Translations under genes and position numbers: made by a program | Origin: Candidatus Hodarchaeota archaeon | Lineage (GTDB): Archaea; Asgardarchaeota; Lokiarchaeia; Sigyniarchaeales; SOKP01 | DNA length: 64,000 bases | Direction of reading: 5' to 3' | NCBI GenBank assembly: GCA_048887225.1 | Contig: JBHLJY010000013.1 | Coordinates: 1 to 64,000 of the forward strand | Notes under the pieces: model-generated | The model's database searches: none | What the model saw: the letters and a program-made list of their open reading frames with translations, nothing else | Told to the model about the DNA's origin: nothing | Part shown: positions 48,629 through 58,733 of the stretch, in pieces | Numbering within the stretch: the stretch's first letter is position 1 | How the letters are laid out: the number at the start of each line of letters is the position of its first letter

Positions 48629-48886
48629 TTGACCAAGAAAAAAGCTATTGATGTTCTCAGACATGAGTTAGTACCTAAACACGTTTTACTAACCAAGAAA
48701 GAAACTCAAGATTTATTAAAAAAATATCAAATAGGTGTTATTGATTTACCACAGATGTTTGAAAAAGATCCAGTGGCGATCGCTATCGGTGCCAAGGAAG
48801 GAGATATTGTTAAGATTATTCGAGAATCTAAAACAACCGTAAAATCAGTAAATTATTATCGATATGTTAAAAAAGAAAAGGCTTAG
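48629..48886 (+). CDS. rpoH: RNA polymerase subunit Rpo5 (H)
   Basis: HELVPKH, LP....DP and GDIVKIIR.S.T...YR.V motifs. Confidence 0.95.
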   Translation: MTKKKAIDVLRHELVPKHVLLTKKETQDLLKKYQIGVIDLPQMFEKDPVAIAIGAKEGDIVKIIRESKTTVKSVNYYRYVKKEKA

Positions 48887-48936
48887 ACCGATTTCTTTTA
48901 TTTAAACAAAAGCCATTAGAAAAAGGTTATTATATT

Positions 48937-51900
48937 TTGAATTCTAAACGTTTGAGTAATGAAGATAAATGGGTTATCTTAAAAAGTCTTTTTGATGAAA
49001 AAGGTTTGGTTCGCCAGCATTTAGATTCCTATAATAATTTCGTTGAAGACGAGATGCAAGAGATCGTTAATGAATCTAGCGAAGTTGTCCCTGATATACC
49101 AGGTTTTAAGATAAAATTTGGGAAAATAAAAGTTAGAAGTCCAAAGGTAAGGGAAGCAGATGGAGCTACTATGGAAATTACTCCAATCGAAGCAAGAATT
49201 AGAGAGTTGAGTTATGCTGCAGATATTACTCTGGAAATGACACCAATTACTATTGACGAGCGGACTCAAAGAGAAGAAGCTGAGGAGACACTTGATATTT
49301 ATATAGGAAAAATTCCAATCATGTTAAAAAGTTGTAAATGTCCCTTAGAGAATTTATTAGAATCAGAGCTTATAAATCGTGGTGAAGACCCTCTAGATCC
49401 TGGTGGATACTTTATTATAAATGGTACAGAAAGAGTTTTAGTAACCCAAGAGGATTTAGCTCCAAACAGAATATTAGCCGAAGAAGCAAGTAGAAGTTCG
49501 AGTGCTACTCATCAAGCTAAAGTTTTTTCTACTCGAAGTGGATTTAGAGCACCTGTGACTATTGAAAGAAAAAAAGATGGAAACTTAAGAGTATCATTTC
49601 CATCTGTACCGGGGAAAATACCCTTAGCAATCCTAATGCGAGCTTTAGGTTTGCATTCAGATAAGGAAATTTTCGAAGCGATCTCAGAAAATGAAGAAAT
49701 ACAAAAAGAATTAATTCCTGTAATAGATGTAGCTACTGAAATTCAAGTATTAAAAGATCCAGAAAAATCTCAACACAATGCTCTTGACTATATTGGAAAA
49801 AGAGTTGCGATTGGACAAACGAAAGATTACCGTATTAGAAGAGCTCTTCAAGTTTTAGATAGATATCTTTTACCACATATTGGAAATAGCGAGGAAGATC
49901 GAATCAAAAAAGCTTATTATTTAGGACAAATGGCCCAAAAAGTAATGGAACTAGCCTTAAACCTTAGAGAACCTGATGATAAGGATCACTATGCTAATAA
50001 ACGATTAAAGTTAGCAGGAGAACTATTTACTTCTTTATTTAGAGTTGCCTTTTTAAACCTTGTGAAAGATATTAAATATCAATTAGAGAGAACTGCTGTT
50101 CGAGGAAGAGCCCCTAATATAAAAACAGCTGTTAGAGCAGACGTAATTACTGAAAGGATCAGACACGCTTTAGCCACTGGCAATTGGGTTGGTGGGAAAG
50201 CAGGAGTTAGCCAATTATTAAATAGAACAAATCACGTAGGAACTTTAAGCCATTTAAGACGAGTAATATCACCATTAAGTCGAAGTCAGCCTCATTTTGA
50301 AGCTCGAGATTTACATCCTACTCAATGGGGTAAAATATGTCCTGCAGAAACCCCAGAGGGACCAAATTGTGGGTTAGTTAAAAATCTTGGATTGACTTCA
50401 ATAATATCGGTAGGAATGGATGAGAGAATCCTTGAAAATATTTTAATCGATTTAGGAGTAATTCCTATAAATGAGGTTAAGAATATTAAGGGTGATAAAG
50501 TTAAAGTCTTTTTAAATGGTAAATTAATTGGTATTCATCGGCAATACAATCAGTTTATTCGTCAAATTAGAGAAAAGCGAAGAAAAGGTGAGATTGGACA
50601 GCATGTAAATATAGGATATTATCACGACTCAAAGGAAATACAAATAAATTGTGACGCTGGAAGAGCAACTAGACCATTATTCGTTATTAAGAATAAGATA
50701 TTACTAATTACAAGTGAAGACATAGAAAAACTTAAGCAAAAGAAATATATTTGGTCGGATTTAATTCATAAAGGGATAATTGAATATCTAGACGCAGAAG
50801 AGGAGGAGAACGCTTATATAGCTATGTTTGAAGATGATATAACTTCTGAACATACTCATTTAGAAATATCTCCCGCAGCAATACTAGGGATTTGTGCTTC
50901 TATAATACCTTTTCCAGAACATAATCAATCACCGAGAAATACATACGAAGCTGGAATGGTTAAACAAGCTTTAGGTTTATTTGCAGCAAATATGCATTTA
51001 AGACTTGATACGAGAGGACATACTTTACATTATCCTCAACAACCACTTGTTAAAACTAGTCCTATGGAAATAGTTGGTTTCAATAAGCGTCCTGCTGGAC
51101 AAAACTTTATAGTTGCTATGATGAGTTATGAAGGTTTCAATATTGAAGATGCAATAATTATAAGTAAAGCTTCAATAGAAAGGGGTCTTGCTCGAAGCCA
51201 TTTTTTTAGAACTTATGACGCTGAGGAAAGAAAATATCCTGGTGGAGAGGTGGATAAATTTGAAATTCCAGAAAGAGGAGTCAGAGGATTTAAATCTGCG
51301 GAATCTTATCGATTATTATCAGAAGAAGATGGTATAATTGAGCCTGAAACAGCGGTGAATGGAGGAGATGTCTTAATTGGCAGAACATCTCCACCTAGGT
51401 TTATTAAATCTTACGAAGAATTTGAGCTCATGCAGCCAAATAGAAGAGAAACTTCAAAAAATATGCGACATAACGAGAAAGGTATAGTAGATACAGTAAT
51501 TATCTCTGAGACCGTAGATGGAAATAAATTGGTTAAGATTAAAGTAAGAGATTTACGGATTCCTGAATTAGGAGATAAATTTTCTTCTCGTCATGGTCAG
51601 AAAGGAGTGTTAGGTTTGATAGTTCCAGAGGAAGATATGCCTTTTACGTCAAATGGTGTAATTCCTGATATAATTGTTAATCCACACGCAATGCCTTCGA
51701 GAATGACATTAGGCCAACTTTTTGAAGGAATTAGTGGGAAAATAGCGTGCAACACTGGTGCATTAGGAGATGCAACTGCCTTTGAGTGGAAAGACATAAC
51801 GAGATTGCAACAGCAATTAGTTGATGTAGGATTCGAATTTAATGGGAGAGAAGTTATGTATAATGGAATTATGGGTGAAAAATATGAAATGGGCATATAT

Positions 51901-52308
51901 TGCGCTCCTATTTATTATCAAAAGCTTTATCACTTAGTTGCTGATAAACTTCACGCTAGAGCTAGAGGTCCAGTTCAGATTTTAACGCGTCAACCTACAG
52001 AGGGACGAGCTCGCGAAGGTGGATTGAGATTTGGAGAAATGGAACGAGATTGCCTTGTTGGTCATGGTTCTGCTTTATTATTAAAGGAAAGATTGCTAGA
52101 TGAATCAGATAGAACAGTAATTCTAGTCTGCGAAAAATGTGGACTTTTGGCTGTTTACGATCGAAATCGAGATAAGCGCTATTGTCCAGTATGTGGAGAA
52201 GGAACAGTAATTTCAAAAGTAGTGTGTTCTTATGCTTTTAAGTTACTTCTACAAGAAATGATGAGCCTCGGATTGGCCCCAAGATTGAAATTAAAAGAAA
52301 AAATCTAA
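48937..52308 (+). CDS. rpoB: RNA polymerase subunit Rpo2 (B), unsplit
   Basis: DPGGYFIING.E, CPAETPEG.NCGLVKN, GDKFSSRHGQKG and RQPTEGRAREGGLRFGEMERD motifs; C-terminal zinc finger. Confidence 0.98.
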   Translation: MNSKRLSNEDKWVILKSLFDEKGLVRQHLDSYNNFVEDEMQEIVNESSEVVPDIPGFKIKFGKIKVRSPKVREADGATMEITPIEARIRELSYAADITLEMTPITIDERTQREEAEETLDIYIGKIPIMLKSCKCPLENLLESELINRGEDPLDPGGYFIINGTERVLVTQEDLAPNRILAEEASRSSSATHQAKVFSTRSGFRAPVTIERKKDGNLRVSFPSVPGKIPLAILMRALGLHSDKEIFEAISENEEIQKELIPVIDVATEIQVLKDPEKSQHNALDYIGKRVAIGQTKDYRIRRALQVLDRYLLPHIGNSEEDRIKKAYYLGQMAQKVMELALNLREPDDKDHYANKRLKLAGELFTSLFRVAFLNLVKDIKYQLERTAVRGRAPNIKTAVRADVITERIRHALATGNWVGGKAGVSQLLNRTNHVGTLSHLRRVISPLSRSQPHFEARDLHPTQWGKICPAETPEGPNCGLVKNLGLTSIISVGMDERILENILIDLGVIPINEVKNIKGDKVKVFLNGKLIGIHRQYNQFIRQIREKRRKGEIGQHVNIGYYHDSKEIQINCDAGRATRPLFVIKNKILLITSEDIEKLKQKKYIWSDLIHKGIIEYLDAEEEENAYIAMFEDDITSEHTHLEISPAAILGICASIIPFPEHNQSPRNTYEAGMVKQALGLFAANMHLRLDTRGHTLHYPQQPLVKTSPMEIVGFNKRPAGQNFIVAMMSYEGFNIEDAIIISKASIERGLARSHFFRTYDAEERKYPGGEVDKFEIPERGVRGFKSAESYRLLSEEDGIIEPETAVNGGDVLIGRTSPPRFIKSYEEFELMQPNRRETSKNMRHNEKGIVDTVIISETVDGNKLVKIKVRDLRIPELGDKFSSRHGQKGVLGLIVPEEDMPFTSNGVIPDIIVNPHAMPSRMTLGQLFEGISGKIACNTGALGDATAFEWKDITRLQQQLVDVGFEFNGREVMYNGIMGEKYEMGIYCAPIYYQKLYHLVADKLHARARGPVQILTRQPTEGRAREGGLRFGEMERDCLVGHGSALLLKERLLDESDRTVILVCEKCGLLAVYDRNRDKRYCPVCGEGTVISKVVCSYAFKLLLQEMMSLGLAPRLKLKEKI

Positions 52309-52410
52309 GTTAGATTTTTTTTTAAATGCCTAATTTCGATTTTTTATTTTTAAGAGAATAATAAAAAAATCCTTTTCACAATTAAAGGTTTAAAATATAA
52401 TTTGAATCAC

Positions 52411-52695
52411 TCAATATCCAAAATTGAGTAAAATGAAATGAAAACCGAACCCTAAAAATATTGAAGCTACTAAAATAGTAATTATTGATAACCTAATGGA
52501 AATCTCTCTCCCGTATTTTGTATATAATATTAAAATAGTTAAGGATATTAATCCAATAACAAGAAATATCCAACCTAATACCCATAAAACTAGTGAAGGA
52601 CCTTCATACCATTCTTCAGGAGGTCTTTCCTCCCAAGGCCATTCAATTTGGTTTAGGGTGATTAAATTGAATGTTACATAAAATAATGTCAACAA
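52411..52695 (-). CDS. Small membrane protein
   Basis: Two hydrophobic TM segments; start uncertain. Confidence 0.55.
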   Translation of the reverse strand: MLTLFYVTFNLITLNQIEWPWEERPPEEWYEGPSLVLWVLGWIFLVIGLISLTILILYTKYGREISIRLSIITILVASIFLGFGFHFILLNFGY

Positions 52696-52857
52696 GTTAG
52701 ATCTTATTAATTTTTATTTATTTAAGCTAAAAATTTTTTATTTTTATTTAAGTTTTTCAATGTTTTATCAGTAAGTAAAATTTAAAGATATGCTAATTTA
52801 ACTTATATATTAATATATCTTAATCTTTTATTAAAGAATTTAATTTCTGATATAATA

Positions 52858-53634
52858 ATGCATTTTCTAACGAAATTAATTGAATCCCCTATATTAAAGG
52901 ATCCAGCAAAAAAACATAAAAGCATTCATCGTCATTTTTATAGATATTCCAAGGGGAAATTTCTTGGACCTACGCTAAAATTAATTAAAACTAATACAAG
53001 AATAACTTTAAAGGGGTCTTTTGAATACGAAGATTTAATCCAAGAAATTACAGCTACTACAATTATAGACGAAGAGGTTGAAATTAAAGGAGTTTTAATT
53101 ACAGGAAGCGATATAAGTGAAACAATTATAAATTTAGGTTTAGATTGGACTTTTAAAAAATCAACCAGTAAGACAACAAACTACAAAGCAGAGATTAACG
53201 ATAAGATAAATAAAAATCATCTTCTCGAGATTATCGAAAATTTAAGAGATACAAGTTATCTTTTATTGTCTTTTTACCTTAATCCTACATGCAATGTAAC
53301 CACCAAAAATAGAATTCCACAACCATCGAAAAAAAAAATTGAAGAGGATGATATCAATAAAAGAGTTCAATTTTGTAGCGGAGTAATTAAAAATACAAAA
53401 AAAAACATAAAATTAATTCAAGATTCTGCGGTAGGGGATTTCAAATCAGATCTTCCCGAAGAATGGAAAAATATAACAATTATGAATAATTACGAGATAA
53501 CTGAGATTATAATTCCTAAAGGGATACAAAATTCAAGCTTATTGCGTATAATGGCAGAAAGAAAAGGTAAAATAATACGAACGCTTGAAGTTGATGGGGA
53601 ATCAATTGAAAAACAATATTCTATAGTAGTTTAA
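52858..53634 (+). CDS. Conserved-looking archaeal hypothetical protein
   Basis: 258-aa ORF with H.HF.RYSKG.F.GP and C-terminal R..A.RKG...R patterns. Confidence 0.7.
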   Translation: MHFLTKLIESPILKDPAKKHKSIHRHFYRYSKGKFLGPTLKLIKTNTRITLKGSFEYEDLIQEITATTIIDEEVEIKGVLITGSDISETIINLGLDWTFKKSTSKTTNYKAEINDKINKNHLLEIIENLRDTSYLLLSFYLNPTCNVTTKNRIPQPSKKKIEEDDINKRVQFCSGVIKNTKKNIKLIQDSAVGDFKSDLPEEWKNITIMNNYEITEIIIPKGIQNSSLLRIMAERKGKIIRTLEVDGESIEKQYSIVV

Positions 53635-53736
53635 TAGTTTAATGGCCATATTTTGATCAATATTTAAATACATTATATTTTTATAGAAAGAATTTAATTA
53701 TTATAAAAAGTGTTAACTAATAAGAGGTAAATTTGG

Positions 53737-54321
53737 TTGGAATTAAACCCGTTATTAAAATCGTTTTTATATATTATTGGCGGTGATGTAGCAATTGAAG
53801 TTGGGATTGAATTTTTAAATTCTGAAAACGAAGATATAACTGACGAAGACATCACCGAGAATATTAAAGATCGAATTGAAAGGACTGGTATAGATCTTGA
53901 ACCAGAAGATAGCGAAATTTTAAAGCTAAACACGGTTCGAAAAACACTTTACAAACTTTACAGTGAAAAACTTGCTCAATTCAGACGCATTAGGGATAAA
54001 TCAACAGGATGGTTCATCTATTATTGGTGGCATGAATTCGACTTACTTGAGGAAATCTTATTAGAAAAAAGAAATATTGTACAAAGAAAATTAAGAGATC
54101 GATTAAAATTCGAAGAAAATAATTATTTTTTCATGTGTAAAAATTGTAGTGATGTTAAAAATATTAAATATAAATTTGATGAAGCCTTTGATTTAAATTT
54201 TAGGTGTCCAGATTGTGGAGGTCCATTGGAATCACAAGATAATCAGAAAATAATACAATTCTTAAAAGAGAAGATTGTGCTTAGCGAAAAAACAAAAATA
54301 ATTGATGAGTTTGAAAAATAA
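53737..54321 (+). CDS. tfe: Transcription factor E, alpha subunit
   Basis: TDEDI, LNTVRKTLYKLY and RDKSTGWFIYYW motifs; zinc ribbon CKNC...F.CPDCG. Confidence 0.93.
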   Translation: MELNPLLKSFLYIIGGDVAIEVGIEFLNSENEDITDEDITENIKDRIERTGIDLEPEDSEILKLNTVRKTLYKLYSEKLAQFRRIRDKSTGWFIYYWWHEFDLLEEILLEKRNIVQRKLRDRLKFEENNYFFMCKNCSDVKNIKYKFDEAFDLNFRCPDCGGPLESQDNQKIIQFLKEKIVLSEKTKIIDEFEK

Positions 54322-54843
54322 TTATTTTTTCTTTTTGAAAAAGGCAATATCTCCTAAAGCTGAGCTTGTTTCTTTTTTCATAAATTTTTTAGTGTTCACT
54401 TCAATCTCATCAGCCTTTATTAGCAACGTTATCTTGTAGATTTCTTCAATTTTTTTTGCCAATTTTATGGTTGGTTTTACTTTGCCTGATTCAATTCTTC
54501 TTATTAAGGAGGGTTTCTCGTTTAATTTTTGGGCAAATTGATCTTGATTAAGTTTATTAATGGTTCTAATGTTTCTAATTCTTTTTGAGTAATCATTAAC
54601 GATTTCAATCTGTTCAATTTCATCAAATTTCCTTGTTGGATGTTTTAAAGAACCTTTTATTTGAGTCGAATACGATTTTCGCAAATCAATTGATTTTGGT
54701 TTAGTCGTGATTTTTTTTCCGAGTCGAGCACAGCTATCACATAAAGTTATTCTTGCTCCTTCGATTAAGACTTTCTGTCCTTTCCACACGATCCCATTGC
54801 ATATGGGACATCTTCGCTCCTTTTCATCAAAGCCTAGTGGCAA
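54322..54843 (-). CDS. mbf1: Archaeal multiprotein bridging factor 1
   Basis: CPIC...IEGA...LCDSC zinc ribbon, HTH (Q.QFAQKLNEKPSLIRRIESG) and LGD motif. Confidence 0.9.
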   Translation of the reverse strand: MPLGFDEKERRCPICNGIVWKGQKVLIEGARITLCDSCARLGKKITTKPKSIDLRKSYSTQIKGSLKHPTRKFDEIEQIEIVNDYSKRIRNIRTINKLNQDQFAQKLNEKPSLIRRIESGKVKPTIKLAKKIEEIYKITLLIKADEIEVNTKKFMKKETSSALGDIAFFKKKK

Positions 54844-55150
54844 AAAGACTAATCCTCAAAATTTTTTTTTCAATTTTTTAATAATTAATTATCTATTACA
54901 TTATTTCTTTTTTATGTATAAAGAGATCTTAAAATATTTATATATCAAAGAAAAAAGTATTATCAAGATTAAGTAACAATCAGAACTCATACGATTAATG
55001 TTTTGAGTAAAATTTTATAAAATATAAAGTATAATTTTTTTAAAAATCGACAATTTTATCAATACAAAGAAAGAGACTAAAATTTAAATGAATGAATAAT
55101 TATTATTTAAATAATAAATTTGGTAAATAAATAGCTTAGGTAATTTCTAT

Positions 55151-56362
55151 TTGACAACCACAAAAGAAAAGAAGAAGGAAAAAGATACTAAAGATGGCGA
55201 GTATTTAATTACTTATACAAGACATCTTGAGAAAAGATTGAGGAATCTTGAAACTGAGAAGCAATTATTAGACGCTGAAAGATTGAGATTAGAGCAAGAA
55301 CTTCATAGTTTAAGGAACGAAATTGACAGGTTAAGAGAACCTCCTTTAGTTTCTGCTACTATCATAGATGTATTAGCTGATAATAAAGGAAGGGTAATTG
55401 TAAAGAGTTCTACTGGCCCAAGTTTTGTAGTAAACGCTAGTAGAAAAGTAAAGAATGAAAAATTGACTCCAGGTTTGAGAGTGGCATTAAATCAGCGTAC
55501 TTTTGCGATTATGGAAATTTTACCAACAAAGTTGGACCCATTTGTCAAAGGAATGGAAGTGATTGACTCAATTCCAGATGTTTCATATAGCGATGTTGGA
55601 GGTCTTGAAGATCAATTGCTAGAGGTTAGAGAAACTGTTGAATTACCGTTAAAAAAACCAGAATTATTCAAAAAAATAGGAATTGAACCTCCTAAAGGTG
55701 TTTTACTTTATGGAGCTCCAGGTACGGGTAAGACTTTATTAGCAAAAGCGGTTGCACATGAAACAGAAGCCACTTTCATAAGAATAATAGGTTCTGAATT
55801 AGTTCAAAAGTTTATAGGAGAAGGTGCTAGATTGGTTCGAGAAATCTTTAATTTAGCAAAAGAAAAAGCACCTACAATATTATTTATAGACGAATTAGAC
55901 GCCATTGGTTCACAGAGATTAAAAATAGCAACTTCTGGAGATAGAGAAGTTCAAAGAACCTTGATGCAACTTTTAAGCGAATTAGATGGTTTTGAACAAA
56001 GAGGAGATGTTAAAATCATCGGTGCCACCAACAGGTTTGACATATTAGACCCCGCATTGTTAAGACCTGGTAGATTCGATCGTATGATTGAATTTCCAAT
56101 ACCAGATGAAGTTGCTAGAGAAGCAATTTTTAAGATACATACAAGAAATTTGAATATTGAAGGAAATATTAAACTTAGAAAATTAGTAGGTTTAACGGAG
56201 GGAGCAACAGGAGCAGACATCAAAGCGATATGTACTGAAGCGGGAATGTTTGCCATAAGAAAAGACGCTGAAACAATAACTGAACAAGATTTTCTTGACG
56301 CTACCGATAAAGTTTTAAAGAACCTAAAAGATCAAAAACAAACTTCTGGATTATATGCATAA
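55151..56362 (+). CDS. pan: Proteasome-activating nucleotidase
   Basis: N-terminal coiled coil, PP and OB domain, [30 protein letters not shown] and C-terminal HbYX motif (LYA). Confidence 0.96.
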   Translation: MTTTKEKKKEKDTKDGEYLITYTRHLEKRLRNLETEKQLLDAERLRLEQELHSLRNEIDRLREPPLVSATIIDVLADNKGRVIVKSSTGPSFVVNASRKVKNEKLTPGLRVALNQRTFAIMEILPTKLDPFVKGMEVIDSIPDVSYSDVGGLEDQLLEVRETVELPLKKPELFKKIGIEPPKGVLLYGAPGTGKTLLAKAVAHETEATFIRIIGSELVQKFIGEGARLVREIFNLAKEKAPTILFIDELDAIGSQRLKIATSGDREVQRTLMQLLSELDGFEQRGDVKIIGATNRFDILDPALLRPGRFDRMIEFPIPDEVAREAIFKIHTRNLNIEGNIKLRKLVGLTEGATGADIKAICTEAGMFAIRKDAETITEQDFLDATDKVLKNLKDQKQTSGLYA

Positions 56363-56470
56363 AAGAATTCTCTTTTAAATATTTAATATTCTTATTTTTA
56401 ATAATATCATACTATTTTTTATTACAAATCCATATCTTTAATTAGAATCTTTTAAGATTTCAACTTAAAT

Positions 56471-56959
56471 ATGAGCAACGAACTTCTATTAGCGGTAAGA
56501 AAGATTAAAGCAATTTCAGATTATCAATTTGGTAATGATGTTACAGAGATCCTTTTTGATGAACTCGAGAAAATTCGGATTGAACGGTCGAAGAACACTA
56601 ATAAAATAAGATATATATATTGTGAAAATGATTTAATGTTGACATTAAGACCGACGAATGGTTTATTTACACTTAGCTTGTTTTCTGCTAAAAAAATAAT
56701 CGAGAAAACTAAAGCTCCAAGATTGAGGGTTATAGTATTAACAGAAATATCAGAATTTATTAAAAAGGGACGTAGCGCTTTTTGTAAACATGTTGTTGAG
56801 ATCGATAGCAATTTAAGACCATTAGATGAGGTAATTGTGGTTAATCAAAAAGATGAATTATTAGGAATAGGTCGTTTAAAAATTCCAGTTCCTTATGTAA
56901 GATTATTTAAAAGTGGTATTGCTGTAAATGTTAGGAAAGGGATTCTATCAAAAAATTAA
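56471..56959 (+). CDS. PUA-domain protein resembling the archaeosine TGT C-terminal region
   Basis: DYQFG, TLRP..G, G.S.FCKHV..ID...RP.DEV and AV.VRKG motifs. Confidence 0.8.
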   Translation: MSNELLLAVRKIKAISDYQFGNDVTEILFDELEKIRIERSKNTNKIRYIYCENDLMLTLRPTNGLFTLSLFSAKKIIEKTKAPRLRVIVLTEISEFIKKGRSAFCKHVVEIDSNLRPLDEVIVVNQKDELLGIGRLKIPVPYVRLFKSGIAVNVRKGILSKN

Positions 56960-57013
56960 AATTTACAATTAATTATATAATTATAAGACCATATCTATAA
57001 AACACTAAAAAAA

Positions 57014-57493
57014 ATGAAACTTCCCAAAGAATTGCAAAAAAGAGAAAAAAGTCGGCCTAAACGTCCCACACCAGCTAAAAAGCGACAAGGACAACAACAA
57101 TTTGGTTCTAGGCAAATGCGTAGGAAAATGGCAACGCAAGGCATAGATATGGATCAAATCGAGGCAACTCGCGTTGTAATAGAAGGACCAGAAAAGACAT
57201 TAATAATTGAACAACCAGAAGTCGTTTTAATGAAACAAATGGGTCAGGAAATATATCAAATAATTGGATCAGCGGACGAATATTCTCCAGATGAGGTTAA
57301 ATTTAGCGAGAGAGAAGAGTTAAAAGAAATTGAACCATTGGACGAGTCTGAAATAAAACCTAAAATTACAGAAAACGATATTATGTTAGTTGCCGCACAA
57401 ACTAATGTGGATCCAAAAGAGGCAGAAGCAGTCTTGAAAGATTGTAAAGGAGACATCGCAAAAGCTATATTATTTCTAAAAAATCGAACTTAA
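57014..57493 (+). CDS. nac: Nascent polypeptide-associated complex protein (aNAC)
   Basis: RQMRR.M...GID NAC domain and C-terminal UBA (DIMLVA.Q...A...L....GDIA.AI). Confidence 0.92.
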   Translation: MKLPKELQKREKSRPKRPTPAKKRQGQQQFGSRQMRRKMATQGIDMDQIEATRVVIEGPEKTLIIEQPEVVLMKQMGQEIYQIIGSADEYSPDEVKFSEREELKEIEPLDESEIKPKITENDIMLVAAQTNVDPKEAEAVLKDCKGDIAKAILFLKNRT

Positions 57494-57583
57494 TTGTTAT
57501 AATCTTATTTTTTAAGATAAAAATAAAAATTAAGAACTATAAATAATTCAAATTTATAACTTTATGGAATTATCTGATTAAAT

Positions 57584-57940
57584 ATGTCTAAAGTTAAAAA
57601 AAAGCGCATAGATAGGTCAATAACAACTATTTCTAAAAAAGACATCCAATTTGAAAAAATTTTACAATTTTCTGGTTGGATTTTTTTGATAACTTTTTTG
57701 ATATTTATAGCTTTTTGGGCGATATTTGATGTTTTATTGAAAAGAATCGAGATAATAATAAATGCTATGCATTATTCGTACACATTATTTACGGGCACAT
57801 CCGCAGCATTTAGTTTTGCGTTGGTTACAAAAATCCGCAAAAACAGAGATAAAAAGAAAGAAATCTTTATTGATTGGTTAATTGGAGAATTTTTATTTTG
57901 TGTGTTTTCCATCTTTGCTGTAGCGATATATATATGGTAA
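57584..57940 (+). CDS. Small 3-TM membrane protein
   Basis: Three hydrophobic segments. Confidence 0.65.
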   Translation: MSKVKKKRIDRSITTISKKDIQFEKILQFSGWIFLITFLIFIAFWAIFDVLLKRIEIIINAMHYSYTLFTGTSAAFSFALVTKIRKNRDKKKEIFIDWLIGEFLFCVFSIFAVAIYIW

Positions 57941-57959
57941 TTTTAAGGGTTAATTTTTA

Positions 57960-58289
57960 TCATTTATAATCCTCTCTGGTTGGACAAAAGACTTCAACAA
58001 CTTCAGCAGTTTCTATTATTATTGCACCATGTTTTTCCCATGAGTCAAAAACGTAACTATCTCCTTTTTTTGCGATAATCTCACCATCCTCCGTAATAAA
58101 TTTTATTTTTCCTTTATTCAAATACCCAATTTGATGAGCTTCGTGGCTATGTAGTGGAATTTTGGCATTTTTATCGAGGTTAAATATGCAAAGCATTACA
58201 GAATCGTTATAACTCATAGTTTTGCGATAAATTCCTTCCAATACCTTTATAGGTTTAATAGAATCTTTATTTACGAGATTTTTCATCAT
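57960..58289 (-). CDS. Cupin-domain protein
   Basis: PLHSHEAHQ...KGD.......H motif and C-terminal VFCP.REDY. Confidence 0.85.
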   Translation of the reverse strand: MMKNLVNKDSIKPIKVLEGIYRKTMSYNDSVMLCIFNLDKNAKIPLHSHEAHQIGYLNKGKIKFITEDGEIIAKKGDSYVFDSWEKHGAIIIETAEVVEVFCPTREDYK

Positions 58290-58733
58290 TTTAAAGTTAC
58301 CTGTTGATTATGTTTGCAAGGTTTATTATTTAAATATAATCGTAATTAATTAATCTAAAATTTTTATAAAAATCTAATGACAAAAATTTACGAATTTAAG
58401 ATATAGAAAACGACATAATTTAGTTTAGAGAGAAATTAGAAAATTGAGAAACTCTATTAATAAAACTGCGACGAAAATTTTTGTAGTTTAAATAAAAGTT
58501 ATCTAAATTAAAAACTAAACCGTTAATAAAATAACTTTAAATTGAGAAAATAAATAAATTTTTATATCTAAAGAAGAAAAATATATTTTAATTAACCATA
58601 ATAAGTGTTTAATAAATCTTATTAATCAACTCAATAATTAAGAGTCCCGACAAAAATTTTAGATTTATTAGATTGATAATAAACTCTTTCGAAAAATGAA
58701 ATTATAATTAATTAAAAAAAATTATGCCTTGTC

